Source of the DNA: Mobula hypostoma
Taxonomy: Eukaryota
DNA length: 64,000 bases
Direction: 5' to 3'
Assembly: GCF_963921235.1 (NCBI RefSeq)
Contig: NC_086101.1
Span: 10,728,001 to 10,792,000 of the forward strand
Made by a program: the position numbers and the translations under genes. Below the pieces are notes generated by a model that had not been told where the DNA came from, ran no database searches, and saw only the letters and a list, made by a program, of their open reading frames with translations. Below, piece by piece: positions 1-13,114 of the stretch (position 1 is its first letter; each line of letters opens with the position of its first letter).

Positions 1-339
1 TTGGTCTATCAACTAGTTAATCTTTGGACGGTAGGTGGAAACAGGAGCAGCCAGAGGAAACTCACACGGTCATGGGGAGAACATGCAAACTCATTGCATG
101 TGGGTCAACTGTACTGTAAAGCGTTGTGCTAATGTGCCTCTGACGGATTTATTGAATATGCCCCCAGAAAGAAAATGAATCTTAATTTTGCATTTGGTGA
201 CATATATATACTTTAATAATATATCCACTCAACCGGATTCCCTGTATACACTGACTCATCACCCGCTGTGATTCGTCCAGTGGTGTAATTAGCAAACTTG
301 GGTGAGGAGCCATTTCAAATAAACTTCTGTTTTCCAGCC

Positions 340-1130
340 TCACTAACAAACCCTGTAACCACAGACACTGGGAAACAGGTACTGGCTATCCACCCTATGT
401 ATGCCTCTCATAATCTTGTAGACCTCTATCAGGTCCCCTTTCATCCTTCTACGCTCCAAAGAGAAAAGTCCCAGCTCCGCTAACCTTGCTTCATAAGACT
501 TGTTTTCCAATCCAGGTAACACCCCGGTAAATCCCCTCTGCACCCTCTCCATAGCTTCCACATCCTTCCTATAATAAGGTGATCAGAACTGAACACAATA
601 CTCTAAGTGTGGTGTCACCAGAGATTTGTAAAGTTGCAACATGAACTCTGTACTCTTGATACCCCTATTAATGAAGCCTAGCATCCCATAGGCCTTTTTA
701 ATTATCCTACCAACCTGTGCATTGACCTTGAGGGATGTATGGATTTGAGCCCCAAGGTGCCTCTGTTCACCCACACTCTTAAGTAACCGACCATTAACCC
801 TGTTCTCAGCCTTCTGGTTTGTCCTTCCAAAATGCATCACCTCACACTTATCCAGATTGAACTCAGTCTGCCACTTTTCTGACCAGCTCTGCATCCTCTT
901 GTAACATTCGACAACCTAAAGCTCCATCCACAACTCTTCCAATCTTTGTATCATCTGCAAATTTACTCACCCATCCTTCTGCCTCTTCATCCAGATCATT
1001 TATAAAAATCACAAAGAGCAGGGGTGCCAGGACAGATCCTTGCGGCACTCCATTAGTCACTGACCTCCAGGCAGAATACTTTCCTTCCACTACTACCCTC
1101 TGCTTTCTTCCTGTGAGCCAATTTTTCATC
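340..1130 (-). mobile_element. CR1-clade LINE ORF2 fragment (RT C-terminal half), frameshifted
   Basis: Minus-strand ORFs read [13 protein letters not shown]...SKFADDTK, KWQTEFNLDKCEVMHFG, PHLEYCVQF and LFSLERRRMKGDLIEVYKIM, all CR1 RT motifs. Confidence 0.9.
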
Positions 1131-1167
1131 CATTTGTTTAAACTTTGGGAGAATTTCTCCTTGTGTA

Positions 1168-1650
1168 CAGTGGCATGCAAAAGTTTGGGCACCCTACGTC
1201 AAAATTTCTGTTACTGTGAATAGCTAAGCGAGTAAAAGGTGACCTGATTTCCAAAAGGCATAAAGTTAAAGATGGCACATTCCTTTAATATTTTAAGCAA
1301 GAAAATTTTTTTTATTTCCATCTTTTACAGTTTCAAAATAACAAAAAAGGTAAAGGGGCCAAGCGAAAGTTTGGGCACCCTGCGTGGTCAGTAACACCCC
1401 CTTTGGCAATATCACAGCTTGTAAACGCTTTCTGTAGCCAGCTAAGAGTCTTTCCATTCTTGTTTGGGGGATGATTGCCCAGTCTTCCTTGCAAAAGGCT
1501 TCTACTCCTGAGAGAATCCTGGGCCGTCTTGCATGCACTGCTCTTTTGAGGTGTATACACAGATCTTCGATGATGTTTAGGTCAGGGGACTGTGAGAGCC
1601 ATGGCAAAACCTTCCACTTACACCTCTTGAGGTGGATTTTGAGGTGTTTT
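1168..1650 (-). mobile_element. Tc1-like DNA transposon fragment (one TIR plus transposase C-terminus)
   Basis: TA at 1166-1167 is followed by CAGTGGCATGCAAAAGTTTGGGCACCC. The AAGTTTGGGCACCC motif recurs near 1367-1380 (IR/DR structure). The minus ORF 1293-1607 reads WLSQSPDLNIIEDL, matching the Tc1 WPSQSPDLNPIE motif. Confidence 0.85.
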
Positions 1651-1749
1651 AGAAAGCAGAGGTGCTTTCATAGGATCTGTCAGTTGATCAAAGGAAATCC
1701 AGGAGTTTAATTAGTTACAACTGGGGAAATTACTCGTGTAGCTCAAAAC

Positions 1750-2080
1750 CAAAAGCAACACAGTGGCTTATATAGTATTATTGGTTCACAGCTTAAATGA
1801 CCAAGTTTTAATCCTGACCTCTGGCCTTGTTTGTGGATGTTACACATTTTCTCTGTCAATGTGCAGGATTGTCCTGCATGCTTACTTTCCTCACAGATCC
1901 CATAAACTCTCAGATTTGTAGCTTGCTGTAAGTACTGTAATGACTGGAGGAACATTTACAGAGTTGATGTGAATGTGAGGAGAATAAAATTAATTAGGGT
2001 AGGATTAGTGTCAGTGGATGTTTGGTGTTAACACAAATTTTTTGCACCAATTGGCCTGTTTCCATCATGTTCCATTGTGT
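1750..2080 (+). mobile_element. Degenerate tRNA-derived SINE (V-SINE/HE1-like)
   Basis: Degenerate tRNA-like head followed by a central domain that resembles, in reverse complement, the fragments at 1-130 and 44655-44900. Family assignment is by pattern only. Confidence 0.45.
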
Positions 2081-2664
2081 TATTCTATCAAAAAGTAAAT
2101 AAAATGTACTAGTTATAAAATGATCCTGTACTCTTGCAACTAATACGATAATTAAACTCCTATACATGAGGAAACACAAACTTCCTGACAGCACCTCACC
2201 GACATTTCCCAGCTACAATTCCCATTGGATTGTCCAGCGACGGTCAGTGTTGTTGAAGTTTCTCAGCAGTTTCACTGGGGAATCTTCCGGAACAACTGGG
2301 TTAAACCCATACAGGAAAAATATTTTTACTAATATGATACTGTGATGATTGTATATTTATATTACTGAACATTATACTGTTCTGCAGTATGTAAATACAT
2401 TTTACGGATCTTATTATTAAAGTCTCAACAATAATTTCACTGTCTTAACACAAGTTTGTTGGTTAGAAATGTTCCCTACGTTTCTAAAGTGAGGTGGGGG
2501 CTCAGTGCTGAACCTGGTGCTCCTTTGCTCAGTAACTTGTTCCCACCTTGTGTGGAAAGGCCAAGTGCATTTTTTCTCAAGTTATTGAGTGCGGTTGGTG
2601 AATATTGGTGCGGAGGAGAGTGGGGGAGGGGATGCTCACAGTTTCCCACTGTCGTGTACATACA

Positions 2665-3170
2665 TCTATTGATGCTTCTGGACACATCTTCAGTGATGTT
2701 CCTGGAATCATCGGGTGTTTCGGGTCTTTCAACATCATACAACCTCCTCCAGGTGACCCAGCCGGGGCTGATCAGACACCAGCTTGTGCCCAGATGGCTA
2801 GCTACTTATGACTCCATGGCTCCCCTCTTTTGAGCCACAGCCATCTTGAGGCCCTCTCTGCCGCATCGGCGGTACTGCAGATGGCTCTCCTCTTCCTCTC
2901 TCCCTCGATGCCCAAAATGCTGAAGGCTCTAACTAAAGAACGGGCTACGAATCCCCTACAACCAACCTCAGCTGCGATACTAACAATAATTGTTGTCATG
3001 GCTTGCAGCTTCCTATCAACCCCTCCCTTCGCCGTTGCCTCCAGAATTTGGTTAACATCTTCATCAAACTGCTTCCACAGTGAAGTCATGTTAGCTGCAG
3101 GCCATTTGATCCGCCTCCTGTTAGACTTCATGTTAGAGGGATTAGTTTGCAACACTTGGTGATAAGACAA
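2665..3170 (-). mobile_element. Internally deleted Hero-like (restriction-like endonuclease) non-LTR retrotransposon
   Basis: Minus ORF 2802-3170 joins a pre-RT-like segment (RRRIKWPAAN...WKQFDEDV...IIVSIAAE) directly to an RLE C-terminus (EVGCRGF...AAERASRWLWLKR), followed by a short 3' UTR. Confidence 0.65.
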
Positions 3171-3274
3171 ATATCTCTCTCTCTCTCTCCTTCACTCCAC
3201 CCAGTACCACTCCCTGTCTTCCCACAAGCCCTCCGCCTCTCCCAGTTTCTCAGCCACTCGACTCCTCTGCTGAG

Positions 3275-3332
3275 ATGAGAGTGATTCACTGCACCCTGCT
3301 GTTACTGAACGGGATTGTCACCTCACTCCAAG
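3275..3332 (+). CDS. Butyrophilin-like gene, exon 1 (signal peptide MRVIHCTLLLLNGIVTSLQ-G)
   Basis: ATG at 3275, 19 codons with a hydrophobic core, then one extra G and the donor GTAATT at 3333. This phase 1 matches the IgV exon acceptor (G+GT = Gly). Confidence 0.75.
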
Positions 3333-4296
3333 GTAATTATCAAAAAATCTTGTTTGATTATGTTTCTTTATCTCAGTTTAGACACGTGGAATAAGAAGAT
3401 AAAGCATTTTATATTTAGTAACTTATGAAATTGTCCACACTACTTAATTGCAATGAATGAATGTCCCATGGCAATCCTTGAAAGTGAGAATATAGATGTC
3501 TGTAATTGGAAAAATGTTTTCAAGTGGCTCTTGTGTGGTTAGAAACTATAAACTGCTGACTTTTATATGTATTAGTTTGTGAGATGGATGAAATTCATGA
3601 TAGCATTGAGTTTAGTTTTTGCTGTGTATCTAATCAAACTCCCACGATCATTTCTGCTACGACTCCCATGTAACACACGGGAAAACCAATGAACATGTAG
3701 ACATAGAAATCCAGAGTGACATAGAAAATGCTGGAGGAATTCTGACAGCATCTTTGGAGAGGAATAATAAGTCACTCTCTTGGGCTGAGACCTTTCATCA
3801 TGACTCCAGTGGTCCCAGATTCCTATGTTCCTTGCTGAGCCTTTCCCCTTTTACAAGCATTGCATTTGGTGGATCTGACACACCCTGTATAGGAATTCCT
3901 TCCCCAGCAGTGTCTGAATGCCGGAATAGCAACACTGTGGGAGACATTCACCAGAAGTAACGGGGCAGTTCAAGGAAGTAAAGCATCACCACATCCTCAA
4001 GAATAATTGATGTACCAATCTTGTAAATTGAGAAAGCAAAATTTGGTTTGCATCCAGCAATTTTCATGAGATCGGGTCATCATTCATGCCAAATTCATGG
4101 TGTATAAATGATATGATATCTGTAAAGGAGTGACAAACAGGCAGTGAATAGCAAGTCAGTAACATCTTGTTCAAACGCCCTTCACTGTAAAATCTGCACA
4201 TTTTGGGTTCTGTGCACTCAAATGTCGACCTCCCATCCAAAAGCTCGACCTCCCATCCAAAAGATTTTCCTCAGTGCTCTCTCCCTTTAGAGAACA

Positions 4297-5140
4297 CTGT
4301 AGGTTTTCGCAAATAAAAATGGTGAAGGCATTTTGTATTTAAGAAAAGCCATAACAATTCATTTATTGTACTCCAAATATTGAACTCAAAACATAGTTGA
4401 AAAACTTAATGTAATTAAATCAGACCAGCCTTTTAAAGTGAAGCTCCAACTCAGTGTCGGTGGTTATGAATTATGTATATTTCCGCTAATTACATTACCA
4501 TACAGCTCCCCAATAATTCATTAAAACTGGCATTGCGACACTCTCCTGAGTTTGGACAAGACACAAGCTCAGGTTCTATGCTCTATGAGACGAGTAACAG
4601 CAGGTGGCTTGGCTCCTCCTCTTCCCAAAAAAATGGAACGGGCCATCGTTAGGGGGCCTAAGGGGATGTTGCTGTGTGTCATGGCGGACAAACACAAATG
4701 AGGCGGAATGTAGTTCAACAGGAATCCAAGAGTGCAGTTCACCATGATGGGAAGTAGGAATATGTGGAAAGGAATTGAATTTACTGAGGAGGGTGGAATG
4801 CTGTTGAATGGTCGACAAGGCAGACGTGGTGTTAGGAATAAAATTACCTGGCACTCATAACAGATGCCCTTATACCAACAGCCATGGATGACTACCCATC
4901 CTCTTTTAGAGCTGTTCTGAGCCTCAGGAGCACCCATGGGTGATGATCATGCCAACACCCTTAGGTCAGGGAAGCCCTCAGAACAGCCTTTGAGGAGTGG
5001 TAAAACCACTCACATAAGCCATTCGACTGTGGGGATGCGCTGTGGTGCGAGGAACCATCCCTGCTAAATTCCAGAGTGTGTTGGTAACTTGTCATCAGGA
5101 ACTTGCATCTGCCTAATTCTGGTGTATACCTCCAAACAAT
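4297..5140 (-). mobile_element. Degenerate Ty3/Gypsy integrase remnant with LTR-like segment (about 4297-4540)
   Basis: Minus strand reads ...SASPQSNGL..., PGNFIPN and FVFVRHDTQQHPLRPPNDGPF (GPY/F module). The adjacent segment is bounded by TG...CA. Confidence 0.6.
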
Positions 5141-5399
5141 TAATCACAGAGGAAAATTGTCATGCAGATATTTAGAGCAGCCTTTCTCAAACTTTCTCCC
5201 TGGAGGAACCAACAAAATAATTTTTAGGTCTCAGTGACCCCCAGCATAACCATTATATCGACAGCTCACAGTACCTTAGTGTGATCAGTAAGTTGTGGAT
5301 ATAATAATCCAAAAATAATTGTCAATGCTCTTTTGCGTAGAGAATGAATTTTCAGCTGAGCTTTCTTGATAAGAAAACAGATAGCTAAGCTTAGCTTAC

Positions 5400-8300
5400 T
5401 AGAGACTACGCCTGTGGCTGTGCCCCTTGTTTGAGTACTGTTGGTGGGGGGGACAGCTTACCTGAGGGAAGCAACAGTGGCCGTGCCTCCGGCAAAGAGT
5501 CCGGCCCTCTAGCTCAGAAGGGTAAGGAAAGGAAGAGGAGGGCAGTTGTAATAGGGGACTTGATAGTTAGGGGGTCAGATAGGCGATTCTGTGGACGCAG
5601 TCAGGAGACCCGGATGGTAGTTTGCCTCCCTGGTGCCAGGGTCCGGGATGTTTCTGATCGCGTCCAAGATATCCTGAAGTGGGAGGGAGGGGAGCCAGAT
5701 GTCGTAGTACATATAGGTACCAATGACATAGGTAGAAAAAGGGAAGAGGTTCTGAAAGGAGAACATAGGGAGTTAGGAAGGGAATTGAGAAGAAGGACCA
5801 CAAAAGTAGTAATCTCAGGATTACTGCCTGTGCCACGTGACAGTGAGAGTAGGAGTGCAATGAGGTGGAGGATAAATGTGTGGCTGAGGGATTGGAGCAA
5901 GGGGTGGGGATTCAAGTGTTTGGATCATTGGGACCTCTTTTGGCACAGGTGTGACCTGTACAAAAAGGACGGGTTGCACTTGAATCCTAGGGGGACCAGT
6001 ATCCTGTCGGGGAGATTTGTGAAGGCTACTGAGGAGAATTTAAACTGGAATTGTTGGGGGTGGGGGATTCAAATTGAAGAGACTAGGAGAGAGGAGTTTA
6101 GTTCACAAATAGGGAAAGCTAGTAGACAGAGTGCGAGGGAGGATAGGCAGGGGACATAGGTCAGGAGCACTCAGACCGAAGATGTAGGGGAGAAGGCAGA
6201 AAAAGATAACAAAGTTGTTTGCTCTATTAAGGGTAAACAGAGAGTAAGAGTTGGGGAGTTTCTTAAATGCAACTATTTTAATGCTAGGAGCATTGTAAGA
6301 AAGGGGGATGAGCTTGGAGCATGGATTGATACCTGGAAATATGATGTTGTAGCTGTTAGTGAAACATGATTTCAGGAGGGGTGTGATTGGCAACTAAATA
6401 TTCCTGGATTTCGTTGCTTCAGGTGTGACGGAATCAGAGGCTGAAGAGGGGGAGGTGTTGCATTGCTTGTCAGGGAAAATATAACAGCGGTGCTCTGGCA
6501 GGATAGATTAGTGGACATGGCTGGGGAGGCTATGTGGGTGGAATTCAGGAATGGGAAGGGTGTAGTGACACTTATAGGGGTGTATTACAGACCACCTAAT
6601 GGAGAGTGAGAATTGGAGGAGCAAATTTGTAAGGAGATAGTAGATATTTGTAGTAAGCACAAGATTGTGATTGTGGGAGATTTTAATTTTCCACACATTG
6701 ACTGGGAAGCCCATTCTGTAAAAGGGCTGGATGGGTTGGAGTTTCTAAAATGTGTGCAAGTTAGTTTTTTGCAGCAATACATAGAGCTACCAACTAGAGA
6801 AGGGGCAGTGTTGGATCTCCTGTTAGGGAATGAGATAGGGCAGGTGACGGAGGTATGTGCTGGGGAGCACTTCGGAACCAGTGATCACAATACCATTAGT
6901 TTCAATATAATTATGGAGAAGGATAGAACTGGACCCAGGGTTGAGATTTTTGATTGGAGAAAAGCTAACTTTGAGGATGAGTGAAAGGATTTAGAAGGAC
7001 TGGATTGGGACAACTTGTTTTATGGGAAGGATGTAACAGAGAAAAAGAGGTCATTTAATGGTGAAATTTTAAGGATACGGGATCTTTATGTTCCTGTTAA
7101 GTTGAAAGGAAAGGTTGAAAGTTTGAGAGAGCCATGGTTTTCAGGGGATATTTGAAACTTGGTTCAGAAAAAGAGGGATCTATAATAAATATAGGCAGCT
7201 TTGTGTAAATGAGATGCTTGAGGAACATAAGGAATGTAAAAAAGAATCTTAAGAAAGAAATCAGAAAATCTAAATGAAGATATGAGGCTGCTTTGGCAAG
7301 TAAAGTGAAAATAAATCCAAAGGGTTTCTACAGTTATATTACTAGCAAAAGGACAGTGAGGAATAAAATTGCTCCCAGAGAGTATCAGAGTGGGCGGCTA
7401 TTTGCAGAACCAAAAAAGATGGGGGGAGACTTTGAATAACTTCTTTTCTTCGGTATTCACTAAAGGAAGCAAGAAGGGTAGTCATGGAAAGTATGATGAT
7501 AAAAGAAGAGGAAATACTGGCGCTTTTAATGATTATAAAAGTGGATAAGTATCCGAGTCTGGACAGGATATTCCCTAGGACCCTGAGGGAAGTTAGTGTA
7601 GAAATAGCAGGGGCTCTGACAGAAATATTTCAAATGTCATTAGAAATGGGGATGGTGCCGGAAGATTGGCGTATTGCTCATATTGTTCCATTGTTTAAAA
7701 GGGTTTCTAAGAGTAAACCTAGCAATTATCGGCCTGCGAGTTTGACGTCAGTGGTGGGTAAATTGATGGAAAGTACTTAGAGATGGTATATATAATTATC
7801 TGAATAGACAGGGTCTGATTAGGGACAGTCAACATGGATTTGTGCATGGAAGGTCATGTTTGACGAATCTTATTGAATTTTTTAATTAAGTTACTAGGAA
7901 AGTTGACGAGGGTAAAGCGGTGGATGTTGTCTGTATGGACTTCAGCAAGGCCTTTGACAAGGTTTCACACAGAAGGTTAGTTAGGAAGGTTCAATCCTTA
8001 GGCATTAATATTGAAGTAGTAAAATGGATTGAGCAGTGGCTGGATGGGAGACGCCAGAGAGTAGTGGTGGATAACTGTGTATCAGTTTGGAGGACGGTGT
8101 CTAGTGGTGTAACTCAGGGATCTGTACTGGGTCCAATGTTGTTTGTCATATATATTTATGATCTGGATGATGGGGTGGTAAATTGGATTAGTAAGTATGC
8201 AGATAATACAAAGATAGGTGGAGTTGTGGATGATGAAGAAGGTTTCCAAAATCTTGCAGAGAGATTTAGGCCAGTTAGAAGAGTGGGCTGAAAGGTGGCA

Positions 8301-9450
8301 GATGGAGTTTAATGCTGATAAATGTGAAGTGCTACATCTTGGTAGGACTAATCAAAATAGGACAAGCATGGTAAATGGTAGGGCATTGAAGAATGCAGTA
8401 GAACAGAGGGATCTAGGAATAATGGTGCATAGTTCCCTGAAGGTGGAATCTCATGTGGATAGGGTGGTGAAGAAAGCTTTTGTTATGCTGGCCTTTAAAT
8501 CAGAGCATTAAGTATAGGAGTTGGGATGTAATGTTGAAATTGTATTAGGCATTGGTAAGGCCAAATTTGGAATATTGTGTACAGTTCCGGTCATGAACTT
8601 AGAGGAAAGGTGTCAATAAAATTAAGAGAGTACAGACGAGATTTACCAGAATGTTGCCTGGGTTTCATCTCCTAAGTTACAGACAATGGTTGAACAAGCT
8701 ATATCTTTATTCTTTGGAGCGTAAAAGGTCGAGGGGGTACTTGATAGAGGTATTTAAAATTATGAGGGGGATAGATAGAGTTGACGTGGATAGGCTTTTT
8801 TCCATTGAGAGTGGGAGAGGTTCAAACAAGAGGACATGAGTTGAGAGTTAAAGGGCAAAAATTTAGGGGTAACATGAGGGGGAACTTCTTTACTCAGAGA
8901 GTGGTAGCTGTGTGGAACGAGCTTCCAGCATTAGTGGTTGAGGCAGTTTCGATTTTGTCATTTAAAGTTAAATTGGATAGATCTTTCTTTATAGACATCT
9001 GTTAGTCTCATGAGACCATGGATTTACACCTTGGAAGGTTTCCAGGGCGAGGGCTGGGCAAGGTTGTATGGAAGACCAGCAGTTGCCCATGCTGCAAGTC
9101 TCCCCTCTCCACGCCACCGATGTTGCCCAAGGGAAGGGCATTAGGACCCATACAGCTTGGCACCGGTGTCGTCGCAGAGCAATGTGTGGTTAAGTGCCTT
9201 GCTCAAGGACAAATCACGGTGCCTCAGCCAAAGCTCAAACTAGTGACCTTCAGATTACTAGACAAACACCTCAACCACTTGACCACGCGCCAACACATTT
9301 GGATATATATGGACAGGAAGGGAATGAAGGGTTATGGGGTGAGTGCAGGTTGGTGGGACTAGGTGAGAGTAAGAGTTCGGCACAGACTAGAAGGGCCGAG
9401 GTGGCCTGTTTCCGTGCTGTAATTGTTATATGGTTATATATGGTTATATG
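5400..9450 (+). mobile_element. CR1-clade LINE, 5'-truncated, degenerate ORF1 (SGNH esterase) and ORF2 (APE endonuclease + RT)
   Basis: ORF 5431-6159 has VVIGDLIVRG, VVVHIGTNDIG and DGLHLN esterase motifs. Broken ORF2 pieces include GDFNFPHIDW, DFSKAFDKV, QGSVLGP and KYADNTK. The 3' tail is GTTATATG-like repeats near 9425-9450. Confidence 0.92.
8983..9296 (-). mobile_element. tRNA-derived SINE inserted into the CR1 3' end
   Basis: Minus strand starts GTGTTGGCGCGTGGTCAAGTGGTTGAGG (A-box-like) and carries a degenerate B box. Flanks AATTGGATAGAT / ATTTGGATATAT form an approximate 12-bp TSD. Confidence 0.7.
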
Positions 9451-11339
9451 GAAAATGTCTGTTAAGTAGGCTAGTTTCTGCAACCATTCTTTAGCTTCAA
9501 AGCACTCAGCAAAATCTGTCCTATTATTTTCAGGAAAGTACACCTGCAACTCACCTTTCAGGTCAAACACCCTGTTGAGAACTCTTCCTCGGCTAACCCA
9601 CCAGATTTCTGTATGTAGCAGGAGATTGGTGTGTTCTTAGTTCAGGCTTTCTCACAGTCTCTTCAACATTCTCTAGTGAACTGATCTGAAAGCTACTTAA
9701 TAACTTGCTTCCTGAACCTTTTAAATGACTGTAACTTTATTTTCAAAAGCTTTAACCTGTTTTTTTTTCTGAGTTTCTAATAGTTATTTAAAATAATCAG
9801 CACAATTGTATGCCAAATGGCTGTGATTTGTAGATAAGTGCCTTTTCAATTTTGCTGAATCCATTGCTACATTTGCCACAGACTAGGCACAATTGATTCG
9901 GACAACGTGGATCACCAATCCATGTAAAACCCATTGATAAGCAGCTTTCATTGTGAATGCAGACTTTGGTGTGTCCATTGTTGCACTAGTGCAGTGAAAT
10001 GACTCAAAATTGTAATTCTGCATTATTAACCGTATCAGAAATGACCATAGGCACAGGCCTAGAATCTCCTCTTCCATCTCAGACCACCTCTTCAAAATTT
10101 GCCACACCGGACCGACTTTAGAATGAAGATTTCCTTCCAATTTTCTATGACACTGGTACTTTGTTTGCTCCCATAAGTCAGTTGTCAGTGTGTAATGGGA
10201 AGTCGGGGGAGGTAATTAGGAAGGGAGAGACTGACATCACAGCCCAATTTAGGCAAGTTCATTCAATGCTCAGAAAACACACATCATGCCTACCGTCCAC
10301 TTCTCTGTGCACTCACTAATTATCAATGGTCTCCCCATCTCACGTCAAAAAACTGAGAATGGACTCAGCCAAATAAACACAGTCGTACTGCACAGTGCCA
10401 TACTGGATTGCTAACGGGGCTGCTCGGTCACTGTCCACCACCGTGAGCGCTAGCGTCGGGCGTTACGTGAAGTTCAGAAAACGATGTTTTTTTTCTAATC
10501 ATGACCTCTCACAGAACCCCTAGCGACCTCTCATGGAACCTAAGGATCTGCAGAACCCCGAATGAGAAATCATTATTGAGAAATGAGTTAGGAGCCACAG
10601 TTCCCAGCCCACCCCCTCAAGCCTACAGTTCGATCCAAACTGATCAAACTGTAACCTTCTGCATTCCTGCAGCAAGTTGTTCTCTGGTTGAAGTGCTTGG
10701 CTCAGCATGACAAGCTCCAAACACTTCAATACATCGGGGAAGTTTGACATGATATTTCAGGAAGCAGTCACACCCTTAAATTACCATCACTGAACTGGTG
10801 AAAGATCAGGGACAGGAAGATACGACTGTAGAAGAGATGGGAGGTATCCAGTGGAACGTCAGCCTGTGTGTACAGGAGAAGGAAGAATGCAAGGATCTGG
10901 ATCACCTGGCAAACAGTTTGCATCAGTTTTATTTCTGTTTGGCGAGATAACAGTAGTGATGTGTGATTGGGAGTAGTGATGGATCCTCAGCGTTTTACAG
11001 CTTATATTAAAGAATAATTGATGGATGGACAACCTCAATATAAAGTTGCTACCTGAACCCTCAGATGTTGGTCTTTGAGCACTTGGAATGCAAAAATCTT
11101 TCCACATGTCAATTTCCTGTTCATAATTTGCGGTTTTCTGTCCAGCTTCTGCCTGGCTGGATTTTACAAACAGATTTCAGTGCTGAGTTCCACCCACACA
11201 GTTATCCTCCCTCAGACCTAAATCATCCCTTTCTTCACGCTTGTTGGGTGGGTTGTGGTGGAGTAGTTGCGGGAAATTAGTTCCACCCCTGTGCTCTGTT
11301 GGATGCCCAAACTAATCCATAGTAAAATTATATACAAAC

Positions 11340-12320
11340 TTGTGTTAAAACCCGCTACATTAAGAATGATTGGGAAAGGGAACTTGGGCTTTCTTTACCT
11401 ATAGAGAAATGAGGAAAAAATTCAATTAGTTAATTCTTCCTCTATAGGTGCTAAACATTCGCTGATACAGTTTAAAGTAGTACGGAGTGTTCATATGTCT
11501 GAAGATAAACCAGCTCGTTATTATTCTCATTTGAATCCTGTGTGTGACAGATGTCACTCTGAGATAGCTTCTTTAACTCATATGTTTTGATCATGTCCTC
11601 TTTTGAAAAAATATTGGAAAGATATATTTTATATTATTTTAACTGTTCTGAATATTGATCTAAAACCTGACCCTATTACTGCAATTTTTGGTTTGCTAAT
11701 GATAGAACAAAGTCATTTGACCTCTTCAGCTCGTCCGATGGTTCCATGTTACATTAATGGCTAGAAGATCTATATTATTGAATTGGAAAGAGATTAATTC
11801 TCCCACTACATTTCAATGGTTCTCTTAAACTATGTCGTGTTTAAATTTAGAAAAAAAATAGGAGTGTCATTTATGATCCTTCTATTAAATTTCAAAATAT
11901 TTGGAGGCCATTTGTTCAACACTTCCATATGATGTAAGGTGACCCTCTCCAAACCTATTCTATTACATTTAAATATATGGAGAGAGAAGTGGAGTTATTG
12001 ACATTAATAGTGCTACTTGATATAACACAACAGCCCATGTCTTTTTTTATAGTTTTGTTGATTAGTATTGTTTAGTGTTTTTTTTCTCATTGGTGTATAT
12101 TTTTTGTATTTTTTTTTCTTTTTCATTATACCTTTGTATCTTTTTTACTCATATTATATTTGTATTCTGTAAGATTTTGAGAGGTTTAATATCTGTGTTA
12201 ACTGAGTTTATATTTACATATGCTAATTATTAACAATATAATCCCAATAGCTCTGTATTAATATTTTGTTATGTTTAACATTTTGATATTAATGAAAAGA
12301 TTGAAGAAGAAAAGAAAGCA
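11340..12320 (+). mobile_element. L1-clade LINE 3' fragment
   Basis: Reads HSLIQFKVV...NPVCDRCHSEIASLTHMF*SCPLLKKYWKDIF (CCHC knuckle of L1 ORF2), followed by a T-rich 3' UTR and an A-rich tail near 12295-12318. Confidence 0.8.
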
Positions 12321-12578
12321 TGATTTGTATGCACAGTATGCAGGACAAGCTCACTGTATCTCAGCACATGTGATAATAATAAACCAATTCCAATTCCAAA
12401 CCCGCTACCAGTTTACCCATTTCAGTTTGCTAGCATGTGATCAAAATCGTAATACTTGAGATTCTTTTCTTTTGAGTTCACAGTCCTGGTTGTGTTATAG
12501 TTGAACTGTACATTGGGTAACAGGTTCCTCATCAATTTTCATCATAGGTTCCTTGTATTATCAATTATTTCTCTCCAG

Positions 12579-12926
12579 GTGATTTTACCCTATTTGCACC
12601 CAATGAGCCTGTTGTAGCAATTGCAGGTAAAGATGTTGTACTGGATTGTGTGATGCTCCCACCAACCTCTGCCAGCAACATGACAGTGCAGTGGCTAAAA
12701 TCCGGTCTCAGCTCACCCATCCACGTGTACAGACATGGACAAGATGACCCCCTCGCTCAACACCAGGATTACAGAGGAAGGACAGAACTGTTTAAAGATG
12801 AAATTACCAAAGGAAATGTTTCCCTCAGAATAAAGAACGTAAGGCCAGATGATGAAGGACAATATACATGTTCAGTTGAAGACAGAACTGACTTCAAACA
12901 ATCTGCGGTTGAACTGCGTGTTCGAA
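12579..12926 (+). CDS. Butyrophilin-like gene, IgV (B7/BTN-type) exon
   Basis: Acceptor ttctctccAG at 12577-12578 and donor GTGAGT at 12927; 348 nt, phase 1/1. Translates DFTLFAPNEPVVAIAGKDVVLDC...TVQW...YRGRTELFKDEITKGNVSLRIKNVRPDDEGQYTC...AVELRVR, with the canonical V-set Cys, Trp and DxGxYxC motifs. Confidence 0.95.
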
Positions 12927-13114
12927 GTGAGTATTATTGCCATTTGTATCAAGGTATTGTTTTGCATGCCATCCAGATAGACCATTTCATACACATATAT
13001 TCAGGTAGTAAAATGAAAAGAATGTGGAATATAGTGCTGTTGTTGCAGAGAAATTACAGTGCAAGTCACTACACAATTACACATTAAGGTGTAAGGGTTG
13101 CTTTGAGTTAGACG

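Larger units (their letters stand above)
5178..10574 (-). mobile_element. hAT (Charlie/Buster-type) transposon remnant interrupted by the CR1 at 5400-9450
   Basis: TIR-like CAGCCTTTCTCAA at 5178. Minus-strand transposase remnants near 9450-9640 read LLLHTEIWWVSRGRVLNRVFDLKGELQVYF...WLQKLAYLTDIF. A degenerate right end lies near 10562-10574, and the flanks ATTTAGAG/ATTGAGAA match 6 of 8. Confidence 0.55.

Noticed and set aside
12927..13087. ORF-track extensions of the IgV ORF (and of the TM ORF to 22849) read as single-exon genes
   Set aside because: The extensions run through strong splice donors into intronic or repeat sequence; a secreted intron-retention isoform is unsupported without RNA data.
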